DNA of 64,000 nucleotides from Scyliorhinus canicula (taxonomy: Eukaryota): positions 201,899,703-201,963,702 of the forward strand of contig NC_052151.1 in NCBI RefSeq assembly GCF_902713615.1, in the 5' to 3' direction. Shown in pieces: positions 62,815-64,000 of the stretch (position 1 is its first letter; each line of letters opens with the position of its first letter). The translations under genes and the position numbers were made by a program. The notes under the pieces were generated by a model. That model was not told the origin of the DNA. It made no database searches and saw nothing but the letters and a program-made list of their open reading frames with translations.

Positions 62815-64000
62815 CCGTACAGATTCACTCTCATTCGATACAGATCCACTCTGCATGGATATAGATTTACACCCATTGGATATCGAGACACTCCCATTGG
62901 ATATAGATTCACCCTCATTGGATACAGATTCATTCTCATTGGATTTAAATTCACTCCCATTGGTTATAGATTCACTCTCATTTAATAAACATTCAATCTC
63001 ATTGGAAATAGGTTAACTTCCATCGGATATATTTTCAGCGCCATTGGATATAGATTTATTCTCATTGGATATAGGTGCACTCTCATTGGATATACATTCA
63101 TTCCCATTGGATACGTATTCAATTCCAGTGGATATAGATTCACTCCCAACAGACATAAATTCACTTCCATCAGATATATATATACTCTCATTGTATATAG
63201 ATACACACCCATCCGATATAGATACACTCTCATTGTATATAGATACACACCCATCCGATATACAGACACACTCATTGGATATAGATACACACGCATCCAA
63301 TATAGATACACTCTCATTGTATATGGATACACACCCATCCGATATAGATACACTCTCATTGTATATAGATACACACCCATCCGATATAGATCCACTCTCA
63401 TTGTATATAGATACACACCCATCCGATATACAGACACACTCATTGGATATAGATACACACCCATCCGATATAGATACACACCCATCCGATATAGATATAC
63501 ACCCATCCGATATAGATACACTCTCATTGAAAATAGATACACACCCATCCGATATACAGACACACTCATTGGATAGATACACACCCATCCGATATACAGA
63601 CACACTCATTGTATATAGATACACACCCATCCGATATAGATACACTCTCATTGTATATAGATACACATCCATCCGATCTACAGACACACTCATTGTATAT
63701 AGATACACACCCATCCGATATAGATACACTCTCATTGTATATAGATACACATCCATCCGATATGCAGACACATTCATTGTATATAGATACACACCCATCC
63801 GATATAGATACACTCCCATTGTATATAGATACACACCCATCCGATATACAGACACACTCATTATATGTAGATACATACCCATCCGATATAGATACACTCT
63901 CATTGTATATAGATACACACCCATCCGATATAGATACACTCCCACTGGATATAGATACACACCCATCCGATATAGATACACTCCCACTGGATATAGATAC
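62815..64000. repeat. 21-bp minisatellite with two alternating variants (42-bp higher-order unit), continuing past the right edge
   Basis: Units atatagatacacacccatccg and atatagatacactctcattgt. Confidence 0.93.

Noticed and set aside
62982-63987. Tyr/Met-rich periodic ORFs (MGVYLYR repeats)
   Set aside because: Translation of the 21-bp minisatellite.

Overview
Eukaryotic, repeat-dense genomic DNA. The SINE, CR1 and Harbinger families look like those of a cartilaginous fish (shark, possibly catshark; inferred from repeat resemblance, not checked). Two host genes, both immune-related and divergently oriented, can be rebuilt from splice signals. (1) Minus strand, 31394-20392: a six-exon CD2/SLAM-family Ig receptor (leader, V, C2, TM, two tail exons) with an in-frame TAG in the C2 exon. 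(2) Plus strand, 46626-52464: a two-exon beta-defensin-like gene, split across unlinked fragments of the ORF track. It encodes a 72-aa prepropeptide with a KR site and a six-Cys mature peptide of about zero net charge, and has a TATA box, an octamer and polyA signals. Positions 1-7852 are a diverged copy of 31730-40758, which is the upstream region of the SLAM gene, so a paralog probably lies just left of the window. The rest is nested transposons: CR1, L1 and L2 LINEs, tRNA-derived SINEs, Harbinger ORFs and MITEs, a Gypsy element, a Gmr1-like element and solo LTRs. Tandem arrays have 18, 21, 23, 33, 35 and 69 bp units, and several grew from short pieces of transposon coding sequence. No CRISPR, rRNA or true tRNA genes were seen. 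Identity figures are by-eye estimates.
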